Source of the DNA: Longimicrobiales bacterium
GTDB taxonomy: Bacteria; Gemmatimonadota; Gemmatimonadetes; Longimicrobiales; RSA9
Direction of reading: 5' to 3'
DNA length: 64,000 nucleotides
NCBI GenBank assembly: GCA_035513345.1
Contig: DATKCF010000042.1
Span: forward strand, 20,257-84,256
The position numbers and the translations under genes are program-made. This document shows, in pieces, positions 34,964-44,474 of this stretch (position 1 is its first letter; every line of letters starts with the position of its first letter). The notes below the pieces were generated by a model, which saw nothing but the letters and a program-made list of their open reading frames with translations, was not told the origin of the DNA and ran no database searches.

Positions 34964-36022
34964 GTGGCGTTCACGACGAATGAACCGACGGAAACGACGG
35001 AGCCAGCGGCTCTGGAGCACCCTGATGACATCGCGCTCGCGGATCGGCTGAAGTCAGGTGCGGACCAGATCCGTACCGAGTTGCACAAGCTGATCATCGG
35101 CCAGCACGGTGTGATCGAGCACATGCTGCTGACGCTCTTCGTGGGTGGCAACTCACTGCTGATCGGCGTGCCCGGGCTGGCGAAGACGCTGCTCGTGCAC
35201 ACGATGGCGAAGGTCCTGAGCCTGAAGTTCAACCGCATCCAGTTCACGCCGGACCTGATGCCATCGGACATCACGGGCACGGACATCATCCAGGAAGACC
35301 ACGGTACGGGCACGCGCAGGATGGTGTTCGCGCCGGGACCGGTGTTCGCGAACATAGTTCTTGCGGACGAAGTCAACCGGACCCCGCCGAAGACGCAGGC
35401 TGCGCTGCTCGAGGCGATGCAGGAGCATCGCGTAACGATCCAGGGGCGGACGTACGAGCTGGAGGAGCCGTTCTACGTTTTCGCGACGCAGAACCCGATC
35501 GAGCTGGAGGGGACGTACCCGCTGCCCGAAGCGCAGCTCGACCGGTTCATGTTCCAGATCAACATCGAGCACCCGCCCGAGGATGAGGAACTGGAGGTCG
35601 TCCGGTCCACGACTGCGGTGATGGATCCGAAGTTCGAGCACGTCGTGACGGGGCCGGACCTGATCGCGTTCCAGCGGCTCGTCCGGACGGTGCCGGTGTC
35701 GGATCCCGTGCTCAGGTACGCGCTTTCGCTGGTCCGCACGTCGCGTCCTTCGCGTGATGGCAGCAGTCCTGACTTCATCCAGAAATGGGTGGCGTACGGC
35801 GCCAGCGTGCGCGCCGCGCAGTATCTGACGCTGGGTGGCAAGGCGAGGGCGCTGATGCACGGCCGCTACCACGTGAAGTTCGAGGACATTCGCGCACTGG
35901 CGCACCCGGTCCTGCGGCACCGCATTCTGACGAACTTCCATGCGGAGTCGGAGCGTGTGACACCGGACGACATCGTCGACAAACTGCTCGAAGTGGTATC
36001 CGTGCCGAAGTCGGGGCTGTGA
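34964..36022 (+). CDS. MoxR-family AAA+ ATPase
   Basis: GTG at 34964 follows GGAGGG. Walker A GVPGLAKT, Walker B VLADEVNRTPPKTQAALLEAMQE, and the remainder is typical MoxR. Confidence 0.92.
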   Translation: MAFTTNEPTETTEPAALEHPDDIALADRLKSGADQIRTELHKLIIGQHGVIEHMLLTLFVGGNSLLIGVPGLAKTLLVHTMAKVLSLKFNRIQFTPDLMPSDITGTDIIQEDHGTGTRRMVFAPGPVFANIVLADEVNRTPPKTQAALLEAMQEHRVTIQGRTYELEEPFYVFATQNPIELEGTYPLPEAQLDRFMFQINIEHPPEDEELEVVRSTTAVMDPKFEHVVTGPDLIAFQRLVRTVPVSDPVLRYALSLVRTSRPSRDGSSPDFIQKWVAYGASVRAAQYLTLGGKARALMHGRYHVKFEDIRALAHPVLRHRILTNFHAESERVTPDDIVDKLLEVVSVPKSGL

Positions 36023-36065
36023 TGACGGTATCGCGGCACTGCGGGCCGGCGGGGACTCTACTGCC

Positions 36066-36989
36066 ATGAGGCTGTCGCACCAGGCGCAGGGTTCGGTGTC
36101 GAGCGCTGGGTTCATCGACCCGCGCACGCTCGCGCGTATCAACAACCTCGAGCTGATGGCGCGCATAGTCGTCGATGGCTTCATCAACGGCCTGCACAAG
36201 TCACCATATCTGGGGTTGTCGATCGATTTCGCGGAGCATCGGCCGTACATGCCGGGGGACGACATCCGCCGAATCGACTGGCGCCTGTACGCGCGCACGG
36301 ACCGCTACTACGTGAAGGAGTTCGAGGCCGACACGAACGCGAACTTCACAGTACTGCTCGACGTATCGAAGTCGATGCAGTTCGGGTTGAAGGGCATCAA
36401 CAAGTTCGACTACGCCCGGTACCTGGCGGCGTCACTCACGTACTTCTCGAATCAGCAGCGGGACCGGGTCGGGCTGATCACGTTCGATCGCGGAATCGTG
36501 GACTATGTGCCGCCATCGGCGAAGCATCTGGACATCGTACTGCACACGCTGGACAGGGCACAGCCGGCAAAGGGCGGTGAGCTGAAGCCGGCGCTCGATC
36601 ACATCCTAGGCACCCTGTCGCGGCGCGGCATCCTCGTGATCATCTCGGACCTCTACGAATCGCCCGAGCGGGTCCTGGACGCGATCAAGCCACTGCGGTA
36701 CCGCGGCAACGACGTGATCGTGTTTCACGTTCTGGATCCGGCCGAAGTCGATTTCCCCTTTGAGGAAGCGGGCAACTTCGAGGATCTCGAAACTGGCGAG
36801 CGGATCCCGATTGTGCCACAGACGCAGCGGGCCAAATACAACGAGCTGGTGCTGGCGCACATCGCGGAGCTGGGTCGTCTGTTCTCGCACGACCAGATCG
36901 ACTATGCGCTGTTCGACACGAGCACGCCGCTCGACTACGCACTGTTTCACTATCTGAGCAATCGGGTCCGTCTGATGAAGACACGCTGA
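36066..36989 (+). CDS. DUF58-domain protein (vWA-like, MoxR partner)
   Basis: HRPYMPGDDIRRIDWRLYARTDRYYVKEFE is the canonical DUF58 signature. It lies directly downstream of moxR. Confidence 0.88.
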   Translation: MRLSHQAQGSVSSAGFIDPRTLARINNLELMARIVVDGFINGLHKSPYLGLSIDFAEHRPYMPGDDIRRIDWRLYARTDRYYVKEFEADTNANFTVLLDVSKSMQFGLKGINKFDYARYLAASLTYFSNQQRDRVGLITFDRGIVDYVPPSAKHLDIVLHTLDRAQPAKGGELKPALDHILGTLSRRGILVIISDLYESPERVLDAIKPLRYRGNDVIVFHVLDPAEVDFPFEEAGNFEDLETGERIPIVPQTQRAKYNELVLAHIAELGRLFSHDQIDYALFDTSTPLDYALFHYLSNRVRLMKTR

Positions 36990-36990
36990 T

Positions 36991-39084
36991 ATGCCACTGG
37001 CCTTTCTGGCACCGCTGTTTCTCGGCGCGCTGGCGGCGCTTGCGGTTCCGATCATCGTGCATCTCATTCAGCGCGAACGGAAGGAAGCGCAGGCGTTCCC
37101 ATCGCTGATGTTCCTGAGTCAGGTGCCGTACAAGTCGACGCGACGGCGGAACATCCGCAATGTGGCGCTGTTCCTGCTCCGGAGCGCGGCGCTGGCGTTG
37201 ATCGTTCTTGCGTTCGCGCGGCCGTGGTTCGAGGGTGAGCTGGACGCGTCGAGCCCGCTCGCGACAGCGACGGAGAAGGTGATCCTGGTCGACCGATCGT
37301 ACAGCATGGGGTACTCGGATCGGTGGGACCGCGCGCTGGCGGCCGCGAACGGCGCGATCGACGGTGTCGGTCCCGAAGATGTCGCCACGATCGTGTTCTT
37401 CGACGGGGGAGCGATGGCGCTCAATCAGGCGACATCCGACCACGCCCGCCTTCGCGCAACGCTTGCTGGCGCGCAGCCGGGTTCCGGCGTGACACGCTAC
37501 GGACCCGGCCTCAAGCTCGCGCAGAGCATCCTCGACACGTCGGACAAGCCTCGCCGGCAGGTCATCGTGATCAGTGACTTCCAGCGCGCGGGCTGGGACG
37601 GCGGTGATGGCGTGCGCATGCCGGCGGGCACGGAGGTAACGCCGGTCGCGATCACGGACGAGCAGACGGCCAACATCGCAGTGGCGGGCGTGACGCTGCG
37701 GCGCGAGGACGTTGCGGGCCGCGAACGCGTTACCGCTATCGCTCGCCTCATCAATACGGCAGTGGAGCCGGTTGCGGGCGTGCGGGTGACGCTCGAGCTG
37801 AACGGCCGCGACCTCGAAACGATGACGACCGATATCGGCGCGGGCGACGCGGCGACGGTCACGTTCGCGCCGTTCACGCTGGCCGATGGGAGTCAGCGCG
37901 GCTCGATCCGCGTGGATACGGACGCGCTGCCCGCCGATGATGCGTTCCGCCTGGTGCTGTCGCCGGGCCAGGCCGTCGACGTGCTGCTGGCGGACGGCGG
38001 AGGCCAGCGTTCGACACTGTACCTCGAGCGCGCGCTCGGTATAGGCGACCAGCCACGATACCGGACCACGACAAAGCCGGCGAACAACGTCCGTGCCGCC
38101 GACTTCGAGGGCCAGGACGTCGTCATCTGGAACGATGCAGCGTTCCCGGGCGGTGCGACGGGTGCAGCTCTCGGCGAGTTCGTCCGGGCCGGCGGCGGCC
38201 TGATCCTTGTGCTCGGGCCGCGCGGAAGCTGGGAGTCTGCCGGCGAGCTGTTCCCGGCGACGGTCGGCCGCGTGGTCGATCGCGACGATCCGGGTGGTGC
38301 TTTCGGCTTCATCGACTACGGCCACGCCATGTTCGAGGTGTTCCGCGCGCCGCGCAGCGGTGACCTGTCCGCGGCCCGGTTCTTCCGGTACAGGCCCGTT
38401 GCCGGGACGGACGCAGCCACAGCGGTGCTGGCCCGCTTCGATGATGGCGCTCCGGCGATTCTCGAGCGACGCGTCGGTGCCGGCCGTGTTGTCGTCGTGA
38501 CGAGCACGCTCGACAACTACTGGAGCGATCTGCCGGTCCAGCCGGTGTTCCTGCCGATGGTTCACCAGATGACGCGCTACTCGGCCGGCTGGATCGAGCC
38601 GAGTCCATGGTTCACGGTCGGCCAGGTTGTCAACGTGGCAGGCCCGGCCGCGATCGTGACAACGACGGCGCCGGACTCGGCGGAGGGCGGCGCAGCCGTG
38701 ATCGCGGCACCGGTGCCCGACCTGGTCGCGATCGCGCCCGGTGGCGACCGGATCGAGGTCCCGACCGGGCTGCTCTCGCTCGAGGAACGCGGATTCTACG
38801 AGCTCAGGACCCCCGGCTCGTCAGTGATCGGCCGGATCGTGGCAGTCAATGTGGACCTCAACGAGTCCGATCTTGTATCGATGGATGCACAGGAGTTGGT
38901 GGCCGCCGTCCGTCCGCGAGGCGATGCGGCCGGTCGGGCCGCCGACGCCAGCCGCGTCAGTCCGGTGGACAGGGAGCGGCGGCAGGCGGTCTGGTGGTAT
39001 CTTCTGATCGTGGCGTTCGTATTCCTGGCCGTCGAGACGGTGTGGGCCAACCGCATATCCCGACGCCGCACAGCCGCAGGGTAA
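36991..39084 (+). CDS. BatA-type N-terminal double-TM / vWA-domain membrane protein
   Basis: MPLAFLAPLFLGALAALAVPIIVHLIQRERKEAQAFPSLMFL matches the aerotolerance-operon BatA N-terminal domain. MIDAS-like VILVDRSYSMG. C-terminal TM. Confidence 0.84.
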   Translation: MPLAFLAPLFLGALAALAVPIIVHLIQRERKEAQAFPSLMFLSQVPYKSTRRRNIRNVALFLLRSAALALIVLAFARPWFEGELDASSPLATATEKVILVDRSYSMGYSDRWDRALAAANGAIDGVGPEDVATIVFFDGGAMALNQATSDHARLRATLAGAQPGSGVTRYGPGLKLAQSILDTSDKPRRQVIVISDFQRAGWDGGDGVRMPAGTEVTPVAITDEQTANIAVAGVTLRREDVAGRERVTAIARLINTAVEPVAGVRVTLELNGRDLETMTTDIGAGDAATVTFAPFTLADGSQRGSIRVDTDALPADDAFRLVLSPGQAVDVLLADGGGQRSTLYLERALGIGDQPRYRTTTKPANNVRAADFEGQDVVIWNDAAFPGGATGAALGEFVRAGGGLILVLGPRGSWESAGELFPATVGRVVDRDDPGGAFGFIDYGHAMFEVFRAPRSGDLSAARFFRYRPVAGTDAATAVLARFDDGAPAILERRVGAGRVVVVTSTLDNYWSDLPVQPVFLPMVHQMTRYSAGWIEPSPWFTVGQVVNVAGPAAIVTTTAPDSAEGGAAVIAAPVPDLVAIAPGGDRIEVPTGLLSLEERGFYELRTPGSSVIGRIVAVNVDLNESDLVSMDAQELVAAVRPRGDAAGRAADASRVSPVDRERRQAVWWYLLIVAFVFLAVETVWANRISRRRTAAG

Positions 39085-39095
39085 GTGAGGAACCG

Positions 39096-42000
39096 ATGAT
39101 CAACCGATCCAGCCTTTCGGAGTCGGCGCAGGTGCAGCTCATGGAGATCATCGCGGATCTGCGATCGCGGTGGCGCATGAAGATCGCCCTGCGTGGCGCG
39201 GCCATCGTGGCAGCCGCGGGCGTGTTCGCTCTGCTGGTCGCGGCCGTGGGGCTCGAACGCTTCGGTTTCTCGGCCGGCGCCGTCATCACGTTCCGTGTGC
39301 TCACGTACCTGACTGTCGTTGTGCTCGCCGTGCGGTACCTGATCCGGCCGCTCATGCGGAAGGTGTCGGACGAGTCGATCGCTCTGTACATCGAGGAGCA
39401 CGAGCCGACGCTCGAAGCGACGGTCCTCAGCGCGTTGAGCGTGGGCGACCCGTCGAACAACGCGCACATCTCGCGTGCCCTCGCCCTGCGCACAATCGAA
39501 GATGCCGTTGCACGGTGCCACGTGATCGACGATGGCCGTCGCATCGACCAGCGCGCGATCGCACGGTTCTCGACGGCACTCGGCGGCGCGGCCGCCCTCG
39601 GCATCGGCATCATATTCCTGAGCCCCGGCTTCATCCGCCACGGGGCGAAGACCGTGCTGAATCCATTCGGCAGCGTGGCCGCCGCGAACCCGTACGCCAT
39701 TGAAGTCGAGCCTGGCAACGTCACGATACCGCGCGGCGCGGACCAGTCGGTGACCGCTCACCTGCGCGGATTCGATGCGATGCAGGCGGACATCGTGATG
39801 CAGCGAGGCGGTGACTCGCTGTTCACCCGGCTGCCGATGAACGCGACGGATTCGGCCGCGTTCGACCTGCTGCTGTTCGCGCTCGATCGGGACACGGAGT
39901 ACTACATCGAGTCGAACGGAATCCGCTCGCCGGTGTTCCGCATAACGGTCGCGGACATTCCCTACGTCGATGGCCTCACGCTCGAGTACCATTTCCCCGA
40001 GTACACGGGCCTGTCACCGCAGGTGATCGAGAACGGCGGTGACATCGCGGTGCTGCGCGGCACGACCGTGCGCGTTCTGGCGTCGACGACTCTGCCCGTG
40101 CCTGGCGGCCGTATCGTCCGGCAGAATGGCGACACGCTCGAGATGTCGCTCGACTCGACCGGAGCGCTGGTCGGAAGCATGCGTGTCGATGCTGACGGCT
40201 TCTACCACATCGAACTGGAAGGCCCGAACGTCCAGGCGTCGAGCAGCTCGCCGCAGTACACCATTGAAGTGCTCGATGACATGCCGCCGATCGTCCGCTT
40301 CACCAAGCCGGGCCGCGACACGCGCGCATCGGCCATCGAGGAGGTGTTCGTCGAGGCCCGCGCCGAGGACGACTATGGCGTCTCGAAGCTCGAGATCGTC
40401 TACACAGTGAACGGCGGCGCCGAGAACACGATCACCCTGCTCGACTCCAATCGGTCGCTCAAGGAAGCCATCGCCGGTCACACGTTCTATCTCGAGGAAC
40501 TCGATCTGCAGGCGGGCGACCTCGTGGCGTACTACGCCCGCGCGACCGACAACAACGCCGCCGGCCAGCGCAAGTCCGCGACCAGCGACATCTACTTCAT
40601 GACGATCCGGCCGTTCAATCTCGACTACCGCCAGACCGATGAGGCGCCGCCGGGCGGTGGCGGCGGCGGTGGTGGTGGCGGGCAGAACGGCCAGCTGTCC
40701 GAGCAGCAGCGTGAGATCGTCGCGGCCACGTTCAATGTCCTGCGTGACAGCGCAGCCGTAACGACGAAGGAACTCGAGGAGAACCTCGTCACCATCGCGC
40801 TGGCCGAGGAAGAACTCAAGGCGCAGGCCAGAACGCTGGCCGAGCGCATGAACAACCGCGGGATCACAAACGACTCATCGTTCAATGCGATCGCCGAGCT
40901 GCTGCCGCAGGCTTCGGTTCATATGGACGAGGCGGTCGAGGCGCTGCGTGATGGTCGGCCGACCGACGCGTTGCCCGCCGAGCAGAAAGCACTCCAGCTT
41001 CTGCTTCGTGCCGAGTCGATCTACCTGGAAGTCCAGATCGCGTTCGAGCAGCAGCAGGGCGGCGGCGGTGGCGGCGGAGGGGCCGCGAATAGCCCGAATG
41101 CGGAGGATCTGGCCGACCTGTTCGAACTCGAACTCGACAAGCTGCGCAACCAGTACGAGACGGTGCAGCGCGGCGAGCAGCAGCAGGGTGGCGCCCAGAA
41201 CGACGAGGTCGATGAGACGCTCGAACGCCTCCGCGAGCTGGCCAGACGGCAACAGCAGGAGAACGAGCGGATGCGCCAGCTCTCACGGGCAGGCGGCGCC
41301 AGTGGCGGCAACGCCAGCCAGCGTGATTTGGCCGAGGAGACCGAAGAAGCCGCTCGCCAGCTCGAGCGCCTGGCCCGCGAACAGAGGCGGCCGGAACTAC
41401 AGGATGCGGCTCGCCGACTCCAGGAAGCCGCCGACGCCATGCGCCGCTCCGCGGCCAATGCCAGAACCGGCAACACCGCGGACGGCCAGAATGCGCTCGA
41501 CGAGCTCGAGGAAGCGACTCGCCGGTTGCAGCGCAATCAGCAACAGGCTGTGGCTGAACAGGCTCAGTCGGCCCTCGAGCGCGCCAACCAGCTGGCTCGC
41601 AAGCAGGACGAGATCGGCGATCGCATGGACCGCCTCAATGAAATGAGCGGCGCCCAGCGCGCCGAGGAAGCACGCCGCCTCGTCGAGGAGAAGGAACGGC
41701 AGGACGCACAGGTCAACGAGTTGCAACGTGACCTCAGCGAGATCGCCAGCACAACGAATCGCGAGGCTCCCGAAGCGGCCCGCGACCTGCGCGAAGCCGC
41801 CAACTCCATCATCGAGAATCGCGTCTCCGAGAAGATTCGCTACTCCCGCACACAGACCATCGCGGGCGCCAATCGCGAATACTCGCGCGCCCTCGAAGAA
41901 GAGATCGGCGCCAACATCGACGAAGTCCGTCAGAACATTGCCGACGCCATCGACGGCTTCGAACAGAGTGCGCGCGGCGACCAGGCCCGCGAATCGCTCG

Positions 42001-42806
42001 ACGAGGCCCGCAACCTCGCCCGTAGCCTCGAATCTCTCGAGGAACGGGTCCGCGCCGCCCAGGAGGGCGATCGCCGGCTCGGTGACCGCGCGGACCAGCA
42101 GGGCGAGGGCCAGCAGGGGCAGCAGGGCGAGGGTCAGCAGGGGCAGCAGGGGCAGCAGGGGCAGCAGGGCCAGGGAGAGCAGGGTCAGCAAGGTCAAGGA
42201 CAGCAAGGTCAAGGACAGCAAGGTCAGGGACAGCAAGGTCAGGGACAGCAGGGTCAGGGACAGCAGGGTCAGGGTCAGCAGGGTCAGGGACAGCAGGGAC
42301 AGCAGGGTCAGGGTCAGGGACAGGGACAGGGTCAGGCTGGCCAGCAACAGGAAGGCGGAACGGGCGGGCAGAATCAGGACGGCGGGATCGCCCGCGGCGC
42401 GCCGAGCGGCCCGGGCGGAGCGGCCGATGCGCGTCCTCCGCGGGGCCTGTCGTCGGATGAGGTCCGTCAGTTCCGCGGCGAAGTCCGGCAGCGGATGGAC
42501 GAGGCGAGGCAACTCAGGGAGCAGTTGGCGCGTGAGGGCTTCGACGTGTCCGATCTCGACCAGGTCATCCAGGACCTGAGCCGGCTCGATGACGAGCGCG
42601 TGTACGGCACACCGAAGGAACTGGCGCTGTTGCAGGCGGCGGTGGTGGACGGCGTGAAGCAGTTCGAGTACCGCTTGCGCCGCGAGCTGGCCGGTGACGC
42701 GGAGGAACGGCTGTTGCTGGGCGGCTCGCGCGAGGTGCCCGAGGGCTTCCGCAAGTACGTCGAGGAGTATTACAAGACACTGTCCCGCCGGGAGGGTGGC
42801 CGGTAG
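39096..42806 (+). CDS. DUF4175-like large membrane-anchored protein with coiled-coil and Gly/Gln low-complexity C-terminal half
   Basis: ATG at 39096 follows GTGAGGA. N-terminal TM pair. Middle beta-rich region. YYARATDNNAAG...IYFMTIRPF, then a long coiled-coil region with poly-Gly and GQ repeats. The 1399-aa ORF-track version overlaps the previous gene and is rejected. Confidence 0.8.
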   Translation: MINRSSLSESAQVQLMEIIADLRSRWRMKIALRGAAIVAAAGVFALLVAAVGLERFGFSAGAVITFRVLTYLTVVVLAVRYLIRPLMRKVSDESIALYIEEHEPTLEATVLSALSVGDPSNNAHISRALALRTIEDAVARCHVIDDGRRIDQRAIARFSTALGGAAALGIGIIFLSPGFIRHGAKTVLNPFGSVAAANPYAIEVEPGNVTIPRGADQSVTAHLRGFDAMQADIVMQRGGDSLFTRLPMNATDSAAFDLLLFALDRDTEYYIESNGIRSPVFRITVADIPYVDGLTLEYHFPEYTGLSPQVIENGGDIAVLRGTTVRVLASTTLPVPGGRIVRQNGDTLEMSLDSTGALVGSMRVDADGFYHIELEGPNVQASSSSPQYTIEVLDDMPPIVRFTKPGRDTRASAIEEVFVEARAEDDYGVSKLEIVYTVNGGAENTITLLDSNRSLKEAIAGHTFYLEELDLQAGDLVAYYARATDNNAAGQRKSATSDIYFMTIRPFNLDYRQTDEAPPGGGGGGGGGGQNGQLSEQQREIVAATFNVLRDSAAVTTKELEENLVTIALAEEELKAQARTLAERMNNRGITNDSSFNAIAELLPQASVHMDEAVEALRDGRPTDALPAEQKALQLLLRAESIYLEVQIAFEQQQGGGGGGGGAANSPNAEDLADLFELELDKLRNQYETVQRGEQQQGGAQNDEVDETLERLRELARRQQQENERMRQLSRAGGASGGNASQRDLAEETEEAARQLERLAREQRRPELQDAARRLQEAADAMRRSAANARTGNTADGQNALDELEEATRRLQRNQQQAVAEQAQSALERANQLARKQDEIGDRMDRLNEMSGAQRAEEARRLVEEKERQDAQVNELQRDLSEIASTTNREAPEAARDLREAANSIIENRVSEKIRYSRTQTIAGANREYSRALEEEIGANIDEVRQNIADAIDGFEQSARGDQARESLDEARNLARSLESLEERVRAAQEGDRRLGDRADQQGEGQQGQQGEGQQGQQGQQGQQGQGEQGQQGQGQQGQGQQGQGQQGQGQQGQGQQGQGQQGQGQQGQQGQGQGQGQGQAGQQQEGGTGGQNQDGGIARGAPSGPGGAADARPPRGLSSDEVRQFRGEVRQRMDEARQLREQLAREGFDVSDLDQVIQDLSRLDDERVYGTPKELALLQAAVVDGVKQFEYRLRRELAGDAEERLLLGGSREVPEGFRKYVEEYYKTLSRREGGR
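42096..42350 (+). repeat. In-frame Gly/Gln-coding tandem repeat
   Basis: A 24-nt unit x2 (GEGQQGQQ) is followed by a 15-nt unit GGTCARGGACAGCAR (GQGQQ) about 7 times, then GQ dipeptide repeats. Copies differ mainly at synonymous A/G positions. Confidence 0.85.
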
Positions 42807-42920
42807 CAGGTCGCGGGGACCAGCGCGCAAACGGCGACTGGGGCTGGCTCGACGCATTGGGCCAGCCCCGGATTGCATCCCGCAGCCGACCGGCCGACAC
42901 GTTCAAGCGACGAAATCGAC

Positions 42921-43814
42921 ATGCACATCTTCGGCACGCACCCCGTCGACACGGGCGGCATCGACATGGCGGTTCGCCGGTCAGCGAACGCCGGCCTCGA
43001 AGCGCTCCAGATCTTCACCGCGATTCCCAGGTTCTACGGCGACAAGTCGACGATCCGCGTGGAACGTGTCGAGCGCTTCCACGCCGCGCTTGAGGAGACC
43101 GGCATGAAGCCGGAGCATGTGATGGTGCACGCTGCGTACGTGCTCAGTGTCGCCACTGCGGATCCCGTGATGGGGCAGCGTGCGACGGCCGGCCTTGCGA
43201 AGGAGATGGAGCGGTCGACCTTGCTCGGCATCGGACAGGTCTGCTTCCATCCCGGCTCGGCGACGGACGCGAATCCGGAAGCTGCCGCGAAGCGAGTGGC
43301 GGCGGCAATGGTGCGCGCGCTCGAAAGCGTCGAACCCGGCGTGCGGCTGCTCGTCGAGAATACGGCGGGCGCGGGCCGGACACTCGGGCGGAGCGCGGAG
43401 GAGGTGGGTGCAATACTGTCGCATGTACCGGCGTCACTGCGTCCGCGCTGCGGCTACGGCCTCGACACCTGCCACCTCTTCGCGTCCGGCTACGATCTGA
43501 CCGAGTCCGAAGCGCGCCTCCGCGCCATCCTCGATGAGTTCGAGGGAGCGGCAGGCGAACCGCCCGCGTTCATTCACCTGAACGACAGCGCCGGTGCGCT
43601 CGGCTCCAATCGCGACCGCCATGTCCTGCTCGGCGAAGGCCACATCGGTACCGAACCGTTCCGCTGGCTGCTTGCCGACCCACGCTCGCACGGCATCCCG
43701 CTCGTCCTCGAGACGCCGCAGCAGAACAACGAGCTGGAGCGCAACGATCCAACGCCGGATCCGAACGACATCGCGATGCGCGAACTGCTGCACTCGCTCG
43801 CCGGATCCGCCTGA
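42921..43814 (+). CDS. nfo: Endonuclease IV (AP endonuclease, TIM-barrel)
   Basis: ATG at 42921. Nfo metal-site motifs: HAAYVLS, FHPGS, VENTAG, LDTCHLF, IHLNDS. Confidence 0.86.
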   Translation: MHIFGTHPVDTGGIDMAVRRSANAGLEALQIFTAIPRFYGDKSTIRVERVERFHAALEETGMKPEHVMVHAAYVLSVATADPVMGQRATAGLAKEMERSTLLGIGQVCFHPGSATDANPEAAAKRVAAAMVRALESVEPGVRLLVENTAGAGRTLGRSAEEVGAILSHVPASLRPRCGYGLDTCHLFASGYDLTESEARLRAILDEFEGAAGEPPAFIHLNDSAGALGSNRDRHVLLGEGHIGTEPFRWLLADPRSHGIPLVLETPQQNNELERNDPTPDPNDIAMRELLHSLAGSA

Positions 43815-44070
43815 CTCGCATTCGCCCTACACCCGGTCCGGGATCGCCCGACTTCGCCGGAACCTCACAGGTCGCATATTCCGGTCGGGTTAGAGCCGCA
43901 TCGGGCCCCGTGGTCCCGTTCATGCACGCGAATGGCCGGGGAGGCTGTGCGGAAATTCCCGACCCGGCGTACGAGTAACCCCTATGACGCCGGGCCCCAA
44001 TCGTCCGTATGTTGCCTGAAGGGTCGCGTCCAGCATCCTCTGGGACGGCCGCCGGGCCGCGGAGGCGAGC

Positions 44071-44418
44071 ATGATGGATACGGTGCAGTCTGCGGAATGG
44101 GTGGCCCGTCTGCATGCGTTCACGAACAGGAACGCCGGCCGCCGAACGATCATGGAGATCGATATACCGGAGTACGGCGCCCAGGCTTCAGAGACGGACT
44201 ACCCGCTGTGGGGCGTGGCATTCGATCCACGCGACGGCAGGGTCCAGATCATGCTGGGCGAGCAGGGCAGTGTCGAGCAGCATCTGACACACTCGGTCGT
44301 GTCACCGGAGGGGATCGAAATCCTCACGGAGGGCGGCCGCGACAGGGCACTCCGGATCGCGCACGGAGGCGGCCAGACGCTGCTGACGTTCATCGAAACC
44401 GGAGCGGACGGCCCATAA
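44071..44418 (+). CDS. DUF5335-like small protein
   Basis: ATG follows GGAGGCGAGC. The 115-aa sequence (IMEIDIPEYGAQASETDYPLWGVAFDPRDGRVQIMLGE...THSVVSPEGIEIL) matches my recollection of the DUF5335 pattern. Confidence 0.6.
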   Translation: MMDTVQSAEWVARLHAFTNRNAGRRTIMEIDIPEYGAQASETDYPLWGVAFDPRDGRVQIMLGEQGSVEQHLTHSVVSPEGIEILTEGGRDRALRIAHGGGQTLLTFIETGADGP

Positions 44419-44474
44419 AGCCGCCCGTGACCGCCAGGCGACGACGCCGTATAAAGAGCGGCGGTGGGAGGTTG

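Noticed and set aside
36685-38565. 626-aa minus-strand ORF (and 41397-42878, 493 aa)
   Set aside because: They are antisense to the BatA/vWA and DUF4175-like genes. In 41397-42878, the Leu/Ser/Thr repeats are simply the reverse-complement reading of the GQ repeat.
38607-39095. N-terminal 163-aa extension of the DUF4175-like ORF (ORF-track start 38607)
   Set aside because: The extension overlaps the 3-prime end of the BatA/vWA gene in another frame and is Arg/Gly-rich. The ATG at 39096 has a GTGAGGA ribosome-binding site and starts the typical family N-terminus.
42096-42350. Whether the short tandem repeat could be a CRISPR array or a collagen-like triple-helix region
   Set aside because: The units are 15-24 nt, contiguous with no spacers, and entirely in frame within a long CDS, so it is not a CRISPR array. 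Gly does not recur at every third residue throughout, so it is not a regular collagen G-X-Y repeat.
43932-44474. Upstream 181-aa extension of the HisKA_3 kinase ORF
   Set aside because: It overlaps the well-formed DUF5335-like gene (44071-44418) in a different frame and is Arg/Pro/Gly-rich. The ATG at 44475 with GGGAGG is the credible start.
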